A stretch of DNA of 63,069 nt, the filler included, from Reticulomyxa filosa (Eukaryota; Protista; Foraminifera): NCBI GenBank assembly GCA_000512085.1. It is 20 parts of 20 records of this genome, joined end to end, with 100 filler letters (N's around TTAATTAATTAA, not from the genome) between each part and the next. Parts side by side here need not be neighbours in the genome. Positions count along the whole stretch, not along the records: positions 9,565 to 16,680 come from ASPP01004214.1; positions 16,781 to 26,599 come from ASPP01003699.1; 18 more parts are not named here. The stretch is one strand, 5' to 3'. This document shows, in pieces, positions 12,072-25,911 of the stretch. The position numbers were made by a program, and so were the translations under genes. Below the pieces are notes generated by a model. The model did no database searches and was not told the DNA's origin. It saw nothing but the letters and a program-made list of their open reading frames with translations. The stretch's first letter is position 1. Every line of letters starts with the position of its first letter.

Positions 12072-13120
12072 TATATTCAAGGGGTGAAAAACAAGTTGAA
12101 CATTTCAACCGAAACACTTTATTCTGCCTTTCACAAAATTTAAAAAATTAAATAACTATATCATATAATATCAAAATTAAAAATATCTTTAGTAATGACG
12201 TGCATTTTACTACATCGACTGTGTGGATAAAAAAAAGTTACAAATAACAAGGATGGGACAAGAGTCAGACAAATTGAAAAGAAGACGAAAAGGCAGAAAT
12301 TGGTGATAAAAATTTAGTAGGTTATACTGATTTTGCATTACTATCACTAAAATCAGGAAGCAAGAAATATAAGAAGGTATCACAATAGTACAAGTACTGA
12401 TCTTCTTTCACTTTTCTGTTTTTTTATTTCTTGTCAGTGCGTTGTTTATCTTGATTATTAACTACTTTTGTTTGCTTTTTGAAAACATCTTTCAGTAATT
12501 ACTTTCTTATTACACTTGGTGCTACCTCAATCTTCCTACACATTAAAATTTTGAGGGAAAAGAAACACAGAAAAAAAAAAGCGAACAAGATAAAACTTTC
12601 TCCAGACAATAAGACAATTGATCACTCCTTTGTATTTATCGACTTGTAAAATTCAATAGTTTAAGAGTTTTCTTAAGATTTTTGGAATAACACACTAACT
12701 TGTAAATATTTAGTTGAGAAGTAGCCTTTTTTTTAATTTTTCCTTCATTGAAAAAACAAAATTGTTAAATTCTATTTTTCACGTTTATCAAAGTATTTTT
12801 GAAAGCTCTTGAGAAAAAACATTTTCCATTTTATATCATCGAAGATAATCTTAAGCGAAAACAAAAGAGTTTTTGAAATGACTACCTGTAGTAATGAAAA
12901 ACAAACTCCAACTCAACTAATGTTGATTATTCAACTTTTGATGATGATCAATTCATTTGTTCTGGATCATAAAGCAATACAATTTATTTATGTGATTTAA
13001 CAACAACTGGATTAAAATTTATTGCTTGAATAAATATTATCATTCAATATCCTTTTAAAAGTGATTAAAAGAGCTGCGTATCTCCTTTTTTAAACTTTTT
13101 CATAATTCAGCAACATTAAC

Positions 13121-14375
13121 ATGAGTAATCAAGCCAGTATTACATCAACTCCCTTTCAAAGTTTAAAGGACTTGCCCATTCCACTTACAGAATCTCAATG
13201 TATTCTACACAAACACGAAATCCTCATTTGTGGGAGTAGACTCAAAAATGAGTGTTATTCTTACCATACACTTAAAAACGAATATAAGTTTATCTGTGAG
13301 TATCCAAGTGATATTACATTAAGTGGACACTGTGTAGTGGAACTTATAGATAACAATAATAACAAAAATGAAATCACTTTGTTGTCTTTTGGTGGAAATA
13401 AAAACATTATAAGACATACATTAGTGATGAAATATGTAAGTGTTTGGAGCGATGACAACAAAATGGATAAATCAAAGAAATTAAAGAAATCAAACTATTA
13501 CAATGAATGGACTCCTCTCATAAACGATTATAATAATCCAATTATCATTGGTAGAGATGAAGATGATTATGTAGGAGTGCGTGCAGTGATTGGTGGAAGC
13601 AATAATAATTTGTTATTTATCACTTATCCAGAACATAACATTAGCGTGTTTGATGTAAATATATTTCAATTTATTAAACATGATACTATACCAACTTTAT
13701 TTTCTTTAGTATCTTGTCATTGCTTTGTATCAAAATCAGAAAAAGGACAAGAACAAGAAATGATGAAAACAAATAAAAAACAAAATAAAAAAAGAAATTA
13801 TGAAATGCTGTTGTTTTGTGAAAACGTAGGATTATTAATTGAATATAATGAAGATAACAACATTTTTCAATTTCATCAACTACCTGTTTGTGACAGTATT
13901 GCAATACTCAAACAATATGCATATGTATGTATAAATGGTGTCATTTTATTCTTTGGTGGATTGGTAGATTGGTTTGAAAATGATATTGTCACAGGATCAG
14001 TGTACAAGTATTTAATACATGAAAATATATGGACTTCATTCGAACATAATTTGCCTATTCCATTGCATAATTGTTTTGGAATATTGAATAGAAACAATAA
14101 TGATATACATATCATTGGAGGAAGTAATGATGAAAAAAGTATAGTATCAACACACATAAAGACAAAAGTGAGTGAATGGAGATATGCTTCGCAGTTGGTA
14201 ATATTTCTTTTAACACTTTTTTTTGTTATTAAATACAAAATTTATTTGTATTATATAAAATAATTAACAGACAAATAATGAAATAAAAGTTATTATTCAA
14301 CATTGGATTCGAGTTTTAATGATAAAATTAGGGTGGATAGATGATTTTGACAAAATTATTATAAAATACAGTTAA
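13121..14375 (+). CDS. Kelch-like beta-propeller protein, lineage-expanded family
   Basis: Exon 13121-14197, GT-AG intron, exon 14271-14375 (TNNEIKVIIQHWIRVLMIKLGWIDDFDKIIIKYS*). Kelch-type motifs ILICGS, LLSFGG, ILFFGG, IHIIGG...W. Confidence 0.85.
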
Positions 14376-15262
14376 AATGTAATCAAATTTATATGTAAAA
14401 TGTTTATCAAGTTAATTTTTAAAATTTTTTTAGTTTTCATCAATTGCGAAGATAACTTAATTTGCATTGCAGGGCTATCTTTAGGTTTTTATCGTATGAA
14501 ATAAAATAAGGCATAAATGCTACATGAAATAAACAAATAAAAGAGAACTTCTCTTTTCAAGATTTTACATGCCAAAAGAGAAGAAAGATATATCAAATAT
14601 ACGCTTGCTTCTTTTTATTTCTTTATTTTTCAACAAATAACAAAAGAAAAAAGCTAACGCGTCAAAGCTGTTTCAACAAGGCCATTATTCAATAATTTGA
14701 AACAGTATAATTTAAAAACTATCTGACAATAAAACTAAACACACTACTAAATTGTTACAGAAACTTGAAAAAAAAACAATCAAACAAATAAAAGTGATCT
14801 TGTACAAACTTTCAATAATTAGCCAAATAAAGTAAATAGGAAATAATTTTGTCAAAAATTCAAATGTTGCAAATATCAAAACAGTTCAATATATTGGCAT
14901 TTTCTGGTTATCATCAGACCATCTTGAATTGCTTATTCTACAACAATGCAAACTCTTGTTTTCAAACTCCTAATATCACAAACAAGTTTAAAAATGAGAC
15001 AATGCAAATGACAAAGTGGGCCTCATTTGCAATCATTAAGGCCTTTTATACATATTACAGAACTTTTTTGTTTTATTATAATTACTGATTACAATGAGCA
15101 ATGCAAAAAAATCTTACTCCATCTTTATCTTCCATACAAAAAAAAGACAGTAATTCAATTTTTGAACTTGCTGCCATGTAAAATACCTTTTTGTTTTTTC
15201 AAAAGGATCACATCCTCTTTTTAAAAAAGAACTACTTAAAAAAAATTCAGAACATTAACAAT

Positions 15263-16519
15263 ATGGCTGGTCAAACTACAACTCAAAAACCTGAAAAACA
15301 AACTAATACTTCAACTCCCTTTCAAAACTTTGAAAGAGTTAACCATTAAACTTTATCAAGCTCAACGTGTGCCACACAAACACGAAATCCTTATTTGTGG
15401 AGGTGCACATGAAAGAGCTTGTTATTCTTATCACACAATAAAAACGAATATAAGCTTATCTGTGAATATCCAAGTGGTGTTATATTATGGGGACACTGTG
15501 TAGTGAAACTAGTAAATAACAATAACAAAGATAGTAATGAAATTACTTTGTTGTCTTTTGGATCTGCTTATGATGGAGAAGTTAAACACACATTAATAAT
15601 GAAATATGTAAGTATTTGGAGAAATGAAAATGAAATGAATAAATCAAAGGAATTAAAGAAATCAAATAACTACAATCAATGGGTCTCTTTCACAGACAAT
15701 CACAATACTCCAATTATCATTGGAAGAGGGGTGATAATTATAGTGGATGGTGCAGTGATTGGTAAAAAATAATTTGTTATTTATCACTTATTATGATGAT
15801 AATATTAGTGTTTTTAATTTAAATACATATCAATTTATTAACCATGATATTTTACCGATTGCTTACGCCAATATCATTGCTTTGTATCAAAACCAGAAAA
15901 TAGACAAGAACAAGAAATGGTGAAAACAAATGAAGAAAAAAATACAAAAAGAAATTATGAAATGCTGTTGTTTTGTGAAAATGCAGGATTATTAATTGAA
16001 TATAATGAAGATGACAACATTTTTCAATTTCATCGACTACCTGTTCGCGGTAATATTGTAGCATTCAACAATTATGCATACGTATGTATTAATGATATCA
16101 TTTTGTTCTTTGGTGGATCGCATTATAGATTTGATTGTGTTATTTCAAACTTAGTGCACAAATATTCAATTAAAAAAAAATGGATGACATTTCGAAATAC
16201 TTTACCTAGTCCATTATTCCATTCTGTTGCAATACTGAGTGAAGACAACACTAATATACACACCATTGGAGGAAGTGATTATAACAATATTGCATTATCA
16301 ACTAATATAAAGACAAAAGTGCGTATATGGGATACTTCACAATTGGTAATTATGTATTTTTTTTTTTAATCAAACACAAATAAATTTTATGCAAATAATG
16401 AACAGTCAAAAAATGAAATAAAATTTATTATTCAACATTGGACCCGAAATTTAATGATAAAATTAGTATGGATTGATGATCTTGATCAAATTATTTTCGA
16501 GTATAGTAAAATAAAATAA
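15263..16519 (+). pseudogene. Tandem paralog of the Kelch-like gene, frameshifted
   Basis: Colinear with 13121-14375 with the same intron and last exon (SKNEIKFIIQHWTRNLMIKLVWIDDLDQII). The frame breaks several times (~15330, ~15410, ~15730-15770, ~15870). Confidence 0.8.
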
Positions 16520-16780
16520 GATATCTATGTCTGTCTTATAATTACAAAAATGTCAATTTTTTATAAGTATTTTCAAAAAATAAAAAAGCTTAACAACCAA
16601 AACGAATTACAAAAATTTGTTTTATTTATTTAGTACAGTATGTTGCAAAGAAAACTGAACGCCTAAAACATATATTATGANNNNNNNNNNNNNNNNNNNN
16701 NNNNNNNNNNNNNNNNNNNNNNNNTTAATTAATTAANNNNNNNNNNNNNNNNNNNNNNNNNNNNNNNNNNNNNNNNNNNN

Positions 16781-17026
16781 GTGTTATTACTTCTTCTTGT
16801 CGTCTTTTTTCTTCCAGTTTTTAAAATATACATACCTAAATACGGTGGGCTCCTGATCTTCTTGTTGTTTGGCATCAAAAGGCATGTCTGTATCGCTGAA
16901 TGCTTCTTCTTTTGCGTCAGTGCTCTCATTTTGCGGAATATCACTCTGTACCGCATCATTCTCATAAGCGTTATTACTGCCTAAATCGTCAACATTATCT
17001 GTATCTTGTTCAAAAACGTCATCCAT
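16781..17026 (-). CDS. Acidic coding exon fragment of an unknown gene
   Basis: Acidic ORF MDDVFEQDTDNVDD...QEPTVFR followed by a GTATGT donor. Truncated by the contig end. Confidence 0.35.
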
Positions 17027-17779
17027 ATTCGATCACTATAGTTATGAACAACTGTCTGGTGGAACTCAAAGACAGAGAATTTAAAAACGTTCAAAACAAT
17101 TATTTGTCTAGATGTAATGCTGTTTCTTAATAAAAGCAAGTCGTTTTTGATATGTTCGGCGCAGAAATAGGTCTGCAAAGAAAGTAGTTCGGTAAACAAG
17201 TCAAAATAACGTGTGCATGCTGTTACTCCAAATAGCTAGGTTTGATACTGGAATATCTACCTGAGTATTTTTCTGCAAAATGTCATGACGATGTCACTTT
17301 CACATTGTACAGTTTTTTGTAAACATGTAGTATGTGAAGTGACAGATCCGTAAGATACAGATACTCTTTTAAGTTGATCTCAATAACAAATAACACTACA
17401 AAAATAAAAAGCAAACAGGATTAAAGGGCTTTTCGCACTATACGTTTGGATTGAAATACTAAAATTTTTTAATACTGACCACTTGAGTATGTATTTTGCA
17501 AGTAGTAATACTAAACAAATTATTTTCTTTTTCTTATAAAAAAAAACTAAAACAAAAAAAATGAACTAAAAAAATTCGTTGCTGCTTGTTAAACCGTTTG
17601 AATAGCTATGAAAACTCCAACATTAAAAAACAAATTCCAATGTCAAGAGACACCTGAACATCAAGGCAATTTGTATTTGAAGGAGATAATCTACACACGC
17701 ATTTAAACACATTTGCAAATGCACCATCAAAAATATAAGGACCAACAAAAAAAAGGTGTATCTTTGGTGAAATCCTTTT

Positions 17780-18481
17780 TTAATTATCATCTTTGTATGC
17801 GTTCCCTGCACCAACTAGAATGTTAATTGTTTGGGCAAAAGTTGCCAAAACAGCCAAGAAATAAACGATTGTACGCCAAGGCATAAGCTCGTAGATATAG
17901 CAAAAAGAATGTGCTACTCGTCCAGCGGTGAAAATGATGGCAAGAATAGCAGTTGCATCATTAGATGTATTGCTGGAAAGATTTACAAAGTATGCAATCC
18001 ATAACATCACTATTCCCACTGGAATGTTTTCCAAATCATTTAATACAATTCTTTGCCATCGCTTTTCGTCATCAAAATTTACTGTTAAATAAAATACAAA
18101 TCAAAAGAGATATTTATTTTATCTTTGTCCCATTGGTGTACTAACAAATTATTGTACCTGTGGATTCAGCACCACTTTCTGCACCGTATTGAGTCCCGGC
18201 TTTTTTGTTCGTATTATTTTGAAATCCGTCCTTTTGTTTATTAATTTTTTTTTTTTATTGTAAAATAAATAATACATAAAAAGAGTTATAGATATTATTC
18301 AAACTTCAGGAGCTCTTGTGCGGTGTTTTCCTTGCAATAACGTCGTAAGCAAAAAAAAAAAAAAATTATAAAGTTACAGATAGCAAGGATCAATAACAAT
18401 ACTTTCTTCAAATGTCACAAAAGTGTTATCCTATTGCACTATTGGGATGCTCAATTGCCTAAATACTTTCGATATGTCCAT
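17780..18481 (-). CDS. MAPEG family membrane protein (microsomal GST/PGES-like), 5' end unresolved
   Basis: Exons 18081-17780, 18230-18158 and one ending at 18305. LLQGKHRTRAPE|D...VNFDDEKRWQRIVLNDLENIPVG...FTAGRVAHSFCYI matches the MAPEG R...N..EN and R..H motifs. Exon 1 frame is broken at a T15 run. Confidence 0.8.
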
Positions 18482-19311
18482 TACGGAGTTCAACGAATTG
18501 AAAGTGTGGAGTGTTAGCTGACAAGAGTCAACACAAGATTAGTAGCACATGTGAAGATAATTGTTGCGCACTTGAACAGCGCGGCGAGAAGACGCACAAA
18601 TACTAATTCATGCTAAATCTAGTAGTAGATGGCACTTAATGAAAGAGCTAGAGTGGAATTTGGATATCCTCCAGCAAACGGGCTCGACAATTGATCTAAC
18701 TAAATCACTGTCACAACTTTCTCTTTTTATTGTTTATTTCATAAAAAATGTTGATTTGTTATAAGAGCAATTATATTTATTTCTGTTGAAAAATTTTTCA
18801 ATTGTACTATTATTTCATAGACATTTTCTATTAGTAATTGCTATTCAATTGGAGCTTAACCATTACTTGATAAGTTGGCCGAAAAACAACAAAATGGTTG
18901 CAAAAGTCATACAATGATGCCTGCACCAAAAAAACAATACATTGTATGCTTATAGGAGGAGAGGAAGGGGATTTAACAGATAATAGCTGGTTTCAATTTT
19001 TTGTAAAAAAAAAGTTGGACAAAAAACACCAAAAAAACAGGGGAAAAACAGACAAACAAAAAAAGGGCAATCTTTCGGTAATTATTTTGTGGATATTAAA
19101 AAAAAGACGTCTGCTCTCCGTTCAAATAATGTGTTTTTTGCTTATCATTAAAGTAGAAAAGACATTATTTCCCCTTCCTCTCTTATTCTCTAATCAATCG
19201 ATAATATTTATTAGCTTTTGTTTACTTCTTGAATTTATCTTGATAAAAGTGATACATGGGCAAAAATGGAAGGGGAAAAAAAGAAAGTTTTTTGTGAAAA
19301 AAATTGAGATG

Positions 19312-20614
19312 TCAAATAAGCAAACAGCCACATCCAGAATGATCTTGTTTTTGATTAATGAGTTTGGATGGAGTTTTGGCGTCCTCCAACAATGATGGTG
19401 AATCTAAAATTTTTTCAACCAATTCAGTAAAGGCATCATTAACACCTTGTTGAGTTTTGGCGGATGCCTCAAAAAATAACATTCCATTAGCTTCTGCAAA
19501 TGCGCTTCCATCCGATCGAGAAATCACGCGATTTTTTGTCAAATCTATTTTATTGCCTACCAATACCTAAGTTTTTTGTCGGTTTGTTTCATTTGACCCT
19601 CCAAAACGTTGTTGTATTTGGGGAAGGGAAGCCTTCATACAAATAATAACAGAAAAAAAACAGAAATGTACCCAAGACATATATACATATATAACATATA
19701 CATATATACACTCAACTTTTACAACATTGTTTTTAGTGGCGAACATATCCACTTCTTTAAGCCATTCTCTCACATTTTCAAATGTTTCTTTCCTTGTCAC
19801 GTCATACACTATTTTTACCATACACATGAATATATATAGCAATTATCTTCACTCGTCATTAATTCTCCACATTTGACAATACAAATAAATCTCCTCTCAA
19901 AAAAAAAATGAACATTTTCGTTGACCTCATTATTCTCCTTTCAAAAGGCATCCAAAAAATTTGACAAACACAAAAAAAAAAAAGTAAAAAAAGTGACTGT
20001 TTTTAAACAATACAAACGACCGACCTAATATGACTCCTTGTGCGCCTCTGTAATATGCACTGTTTCAATTCATCAAATACAAGTCAACCACCAAAATTGA
20101 ATTAAATTTTATTGTTTTTTTTCCCTTTTTTTTTTGCTTCTCCCCTTTTTTTTCTTTTTTTTAAGAAAAAAAACCTAGTCAATGTCCTGAATCGTTCTTG
20201 TCCAGCGGTGTCCCAAATGGTAAGTTTGATTCTTTTGCCACGTAATGTCACCATTTTTACTTTCAAATCGACTCCTATCGTTGCTTTGGAATCTGCATCG
20301 AATTCCTCTGATGTGAACGACAACTATTTAACGTCATTTTTTTCAACACACAAAACGACATTCTATTCTTTTTCTGTTTGTTTTTTTTTTTTTTGAGGAA
20401 GATTATCCAACATATCATTTCCAACAACGCTGCATACCAGAAGACAAGTCTTTCCTACTCCACTGTCACCGACCTAAAGTCCATAGCAAAACAACAAAAA
20501 TGTCTCGCCTTAGAATAGTTTTTTTTAAGACCAAAAAAAATAAATATTGTGGTTTTGCTTTTGACCAACCAATAAAAGCTTGAGGAGATGATCGTGTCCA
20601 CTTGGAACAGCCAT
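19312..20614 (-). CDS. RAB18: Rab18 (RabC) small GTPase, multi-exon
   Basis: [15 protein letters not shown]|[40 protein letters not shown]|[24 protein letters not shown]-terminal GCGCLLI prenylation motif. Confidence 0.92.
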
Positions 20615-21282
20615 GGATTTGGACTTTCAGAATAATCTATTCAAAAATAAAATTAAAAAAAACTGGTTTGAATTTTTTTGAGTCTTTCTCCCACCAACAA
20701 CGTACTTGAAACAAAAGCAGTACCAAAACGTTATTTTATTTATCCTTGTACTTTTTTGGCAAATCGCTGCTACTGGTCAAAAATATTTACCAGTAGCAAA
20801 AAAGTGTTTATTATTTGAAACTGCTAACACAGCTCTTGTTTTTTGAAAACATTAATTTTGTCCTTATACAGACAACAAATGAAGGACGAAAAGGGGTATT
20901 AAAGACAATACCACCTCCACAATCTCGCAATGCAAGATTGTCGATCAAACAGGTGACAACCACCGATGATATTATTCAATTCTTTTAAAATACTCCTTCT
21001 CAAGATGCAAGTGTTTATGCTGTGGCAATCAAAAAATACTCCGAATTAGATTGCTTGGAAATTTAAACACTATTACAAAACGATCTAAACGTTCCACAAT
21101 TTTATTATCTTCGGCAACATGATAAGTCTCCTTTTTTGCAAGTAATATTGAAACAATTCAATAGCAACTCTGTCATGTGGTGACAGTCAACAACTTTTGT
21201 TGTGTTAATTAGTGTTGAACAATTATTTCACTTAATTCAGTCAAAAGATTAAATCAATCAAAAAATTTTTAATTGTTATGGA

Positions 21283-21420
21283 CTATTCCCAAACACGAAT
21301 CGGATCTTTGGCTGAACCATAACACAGATGAATACCATAACCATCATTATTGCTCTTTTTCAATTGATAAATTTAACGCATATTATTCCGCCGTCGTCAT
21401 TGTCTCCTTTTTCTGACTGA
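21283..21420 (-). pseudogene. Isolated 3' relic of the lineage-specific WD40 family
   Basis: Reverse strand reads GDNDDGGIICVKF (frameshift) KSNNDGYGIHLCYGSAKDPIRVWE*. This matches the C-terminus of the WD40 at 56105-56598 (GDDKKDRGITCLKF...LNLCYGSYNGPIRIWG*). Confidence 0.7.
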
Positions 21421-22390
21421 TTTGATTATGGATCATGTACAATAAATGTAATAGCCTAAAGACAGCCAGCTTTCTGAAAGGTTAAACTGAAATTTCCATT
21501 GCTTGTTGTGTTGAAGTTTGTTTTCATTAATAAACATCTCTTTTAACCAAATTCAACGAAGAGGTTGCCAAAAATACTCTGTGTCAACCAGTAATAATAA
21601 AAGAGATACGATAAAAACATATAAAAATTGTAATGCTTTGTTTTGTGAATATACACAAATATATGAATCAAAGAAAAGTAAAATTGAAAAAAAGAGTAAA
21701 AGAAAATGAAAGTGAGAGAACAAAATCATTGCAACAATGAAAAGTATTTGGCTTCAAAAAAGCTAAAACGACAAGCCACAATCCAGACAAGATATCTATC
21801 GACTGACGTAATACAGGTTTCATTTCATCTTGTTGAAAATCATAAGAATAGAAAGAAAAGAAGTGGTATTTATCTTTGCTATTGGGTTCATTTTTCTCTC
21901 ATGAACAAGAGAGTTTGTTTCATGAATGAGCATTAAAATTTTAAATGTAACAATCTTAAGATAAAATTTATGTGCTCATACTTCTCAAGCTAAACCATCT
22001 AATGTTTAGATTTGGTATTGTTGTAAAAACTTTTAAATTTGCAAAGTTTTGCAAATAATTGTTATGAAAGAAATCTCAGTTTTGTGATTGCATAGTTTTA
22101 TAATTAAATATTTTTTCTTGCACTTTTTTTACTTCAGGTATACTAACTTGTCTGATTTATAATCAATCGACAAATTTAATTCACTTAATCACAAGAAAAG
22201 AATAAAATTTCGTGTTTAATAAGGAAAATAATAATAAAGGTATCATAGCATTAGGGCCACAATCTTTGTTATAAATAGAAATAGTTTTTGACGAAGGACT
22301 CTATTTTTTTTGGCTCAGTTGTTTTGTGTTAAAGTTGAAAGTTAATTTCCAAGTACAATAAAATTGAATAAAATATAAATATAAAAAAGC

Positions 22391-23559
22391 ATGGGAAATT
22401 GTTGCACCAGCTCCGGTGAAGATAATACCTCGACAACCTCGAACCATGTTCAGAAGACCAACAATAGCAACAGAAATATTCCAAACAAATCAAACACTGC
22501 AGTTAGTTCCAACGTTTCGAGTAATCGTCAAATGGCTGTGTACTCTGCGAACAATTCGCAGTATCCCAGAAGGCAAGTGGCTCCTCGCGTCCAGAGCTAC
22601 GTCCGCTCTCCTTCGCCTCAGTTGCAAATGACTGTCCAACGAAGACCAGAACCAGATCCAGAAGGTGAATGTTTTGGAGAGTGCAACAATATTAATCAAA
22701 AGAAGATTTTGAGCACACTGTGGCAAATGGATCCACAGGGACAAACAAAATTGCGTGACGCGATAATGGGCGCATGTGTGAGAATGCACATAATGCAAAA
22801 AATTGTGGAAGGCGCGATAGAAAAAAATGGAGGGAGCAGCGACACAAATATCAACTGGCAATTTGTAAACATCATTCTGACCGACGGACAAGACACGGGT
22901 TCGGAACACTCTTTGCAAGATGTAAAAGTCATTTTGTATGGGCTATCCAAACACTTGGGTAGCAAATGCTCAAATTTTTTAATGTATATTTCTGGCAAAT
23001 TTTGCTACTCCATTTTTTTTTTAGTAGAAAACGTATACAAAAAAAAAAAAATGAATTATTTTGTTTGTTTGGAATGGCAGTGGGATCGGAAGCGACGAGA
23101 GTGAGTTTAATGATATAAAAGAACTCGGGCGTGATATTGACTCGGTGGCATATGTTCACGTGAAAGACAGCGATGCGATAAAGGAGGTGTTTGAGCGGAT
23201 CCAAATCGAAATTGGAATTGTTCGACAAACAGCAATCCTAGCTACTGAAAACGTGCTAATTGCAGCACAGCAGAGAAAAGTTAAAAGGAGTGATAAACTT
23301 AGATTTAATTATATTCGGTATACTAGTTTGTAGGATACGTACACATATCAATTGTGGTGTGACTTGCGGACAGTTGGAACTGAATTTGAGAGTGAATCGC
23401 TTTTTGGTGCTGTTCACAATCGATGCAAGTGGATCAATGATGGGAGGAAAGTGGAAAGCAACTTGCCAAGGTCTGGCTAGTTTCATGTCACATTTGACAG
23501 AGCACGATTTTTTTGGCGTACAAGTGTTCAACGATGAACTCTCGTGGATTCGAATGTAA
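22391..23559 (+). CDS. Putatively N-myristoylated/palmitoylated vWA-domain protein, apparently circularly permuted
   Basis: Exons 22391-22983, 23081-23279 and 23374-23559 splice in frame. Starts MGNCCTS. Carries GQTKLRDAI, IILTDGQD and IGIG, and then LVLFTIDASGSM near the C-terminus. Confidence 0.8.
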
Positions 23560-24281
23560 GTCAAAATAGTGACCTCGGAGGGAATTAGTATATACAGAAG
23601 GGGGGGAGGGAAGGAGGGAAAGGGGCATGAGAGATAATATTGGAGAAATGTGCTAAAAGTCACAAGTTCTTGTTTGGTGGGTTCTTCTAAAATATTAAAT
23701 TTTTGGTCAATTAAACCGATTTTAATCAAATGGTGTTTTGCAATCGCAATAAAAAAAAAAATGTGGAAAAATTAGCCACGTTCTGGTATGACTAGCGCTG
23801 GGCTTTTCATTGACTACGATTATTCTGAAATATGCACACAAATTACAACTTTAAAGAATATTTACTCGAATAAGTGTTTAACTGTACAAATTTTGTTGCA
23901 AATGGATGAAGAAATAAAGACGCTTAGAAAAAATTTGTTTCTAAGTTCCCTCTGAAACTTTGTCACCGACCTGTCTCGCAAAAGTAATTTAAAGTGTTTT
24001 TAAAGTTTGGTGATGAATAAAGGAAGAAACACATCAATGTCAACAACATTAAATTTAAGCTTTGCATTGTCAGAATCCAAAAATATACCAATCGAAGATG
24101 TAAGAAATGAATATCTTTATGAGCATGATTGTAAAAAATCTGTTTTTGAACGATATGGAATGTTAAAATAAAATTAATCGTTATGAACAATGCAAATTAA
24201 TCTAACACACTTCTTTTCATTGCTTAACCTAAAAAAAAATCAACGGTAAAGCAGAAGCAAAAGAGAAAAAAAAGATCTAAA

Positions 24282-25911
24282 TCAACGAAACAAAAACAAT
24301 TCTTCGACTTTGTTTTGCTCCGCGTTGGGTAACAGTTCTACTTGCGCTCCCTCCCCTGTTGATGATACAGCTGCAAATACTGGTCCATATAAATCATTAA
24401 ACGCCTCGCCTTGAGGTTTATCATTGCGAAAAAATTCCAGCTATGCAAAAAAAAAAAAAAATTTTATAATGGTATGAAAAGATGAAAAAAAAAAAAAACT
24501 AACAGTGTGATTGTCAAAATCCATCAAAACACCAATTCGATCTCCGACTTCAAATTTTGTGCCAAAAGCGGTAGACTTTCCACTGTGATGGCATTTCCCT
24601 CCTGTACCCATAATGTATGCCCATGAATGTTGAGCCCCAATCCATAATTTGCGATGTGCAAAATTGAATTGCTTGTTCACAACTCCGACACAGATTTTCC
24701 ATGTATTTGTTGTTGACGGACATGCCAAGATTTTCACTTCGAAATATCGACGGCCAGATTGATATGGCTAAAAAGTGATCCCCCCCCCAATCCAAAAAAT
24801 AATAATAAGTGCATTGTATAAAATAAAATAAAAAAGTAAAAATCTCAACGATTACTGCAGCACAAGCTCTCCATTTGTCATTGGAACCAGTGTTTTGTAC
24901 AATTGTACCTTGGTTGCTCAGCTGCATATCATTACTAATTTTTTGTGGATCCCACGCATTTCCACATGTTTGCATTAGAGCTTGTAGCTTTTCTCGTTTG
25001 TTAATACCTTGTCCAACTAACTCTTTTACTCGTTCTTTGTTGCAATTTCTATTGAATTATTTAATAGTATACATAAATGCATACATATGTATGTATACGT
25101 AGTAGCAATTGTGCACACTATTTTTTTTTTTTTTGCAAAGATACGTACCTAAATCTTAAGCATGCGTTTTCAGCAGTAACGGACACGGCAGCAAAGACAG
25201 GACCTTTGAAACCATCGAAGGCAATCCCTTGGCTGTCGCCATTTTTGAAAAATTCGAGTTTTTGATTGTCAAAATCCATAACAACACTGATGATATCTCC
25301 AGTGGTAAATTGTTCTCCATAAGCAGTGGATTGACCACTGTTAAAGCACTTTCCGCCAGTGCCTCCAATGTAAGCCCAGCTCGACTGAGAGCCAACCCAA
25401 ATGCGTTCGCAAGTGGATGAAAAGTTCACAGGCACACAGCCGACGCATATCCTCCACGTATTCGATGACTTGCTGTCGTGCGTGATTTCGATTTCGAACG
25501 CCTGAATGCCGCGGTCGTATGCACCGACGCTGCGTGCAGTCCGCCATTTGTCGTCGCTGCCGTTGTTCACAACCGTGCATAGGTTCTCCTCTTGTTCCTC
25601 GCTGAGTGGGAAATATAGGGTCTCGTCGCAAAGATAAAAAAACGAGCCATACCATGCATTCTCATCAAAGTTCACTGTTAAAATAAAATACAAATAAAAT
25701 GGATATGATCTTCTTCTCTTTGATATTAACAAGTTATTGTACCTGTGGACTCAGTGCTCGTTTCTACAATATATTGTGTCCCATTTTGAAATCCATCCTT
25801 TGGTTATTTTTTTTTGTGTCATTTATTTCACGATCAACAAAAAGAGAGGTTGAACAATTCAAACTTAACTTCTGGAGCTCTTGTACAGTGTTTTCCTTGT
25901 AACAACGCCAT
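24282..25911 (-). CDS. Tandem SPRY (B30.2)-domain protein with MAPEG-derived 5' exons
   Basis: Two SPRY repeats: FEIEI...RICVGCV...WAYIGGTG...YGEQFTTGDIISVVMDFDNQKLEFFKNGDSQGIAF and YFEVKI...KICVGVV...FGTKFEVGDRIGVLMDFDNHT|LEFFRNDKPQGEAF. Stop TGA at 24282-24284. Proposed 5' exons 25911-25870 and 25797-25743, then 25674-25149. Confidence 0.8.
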
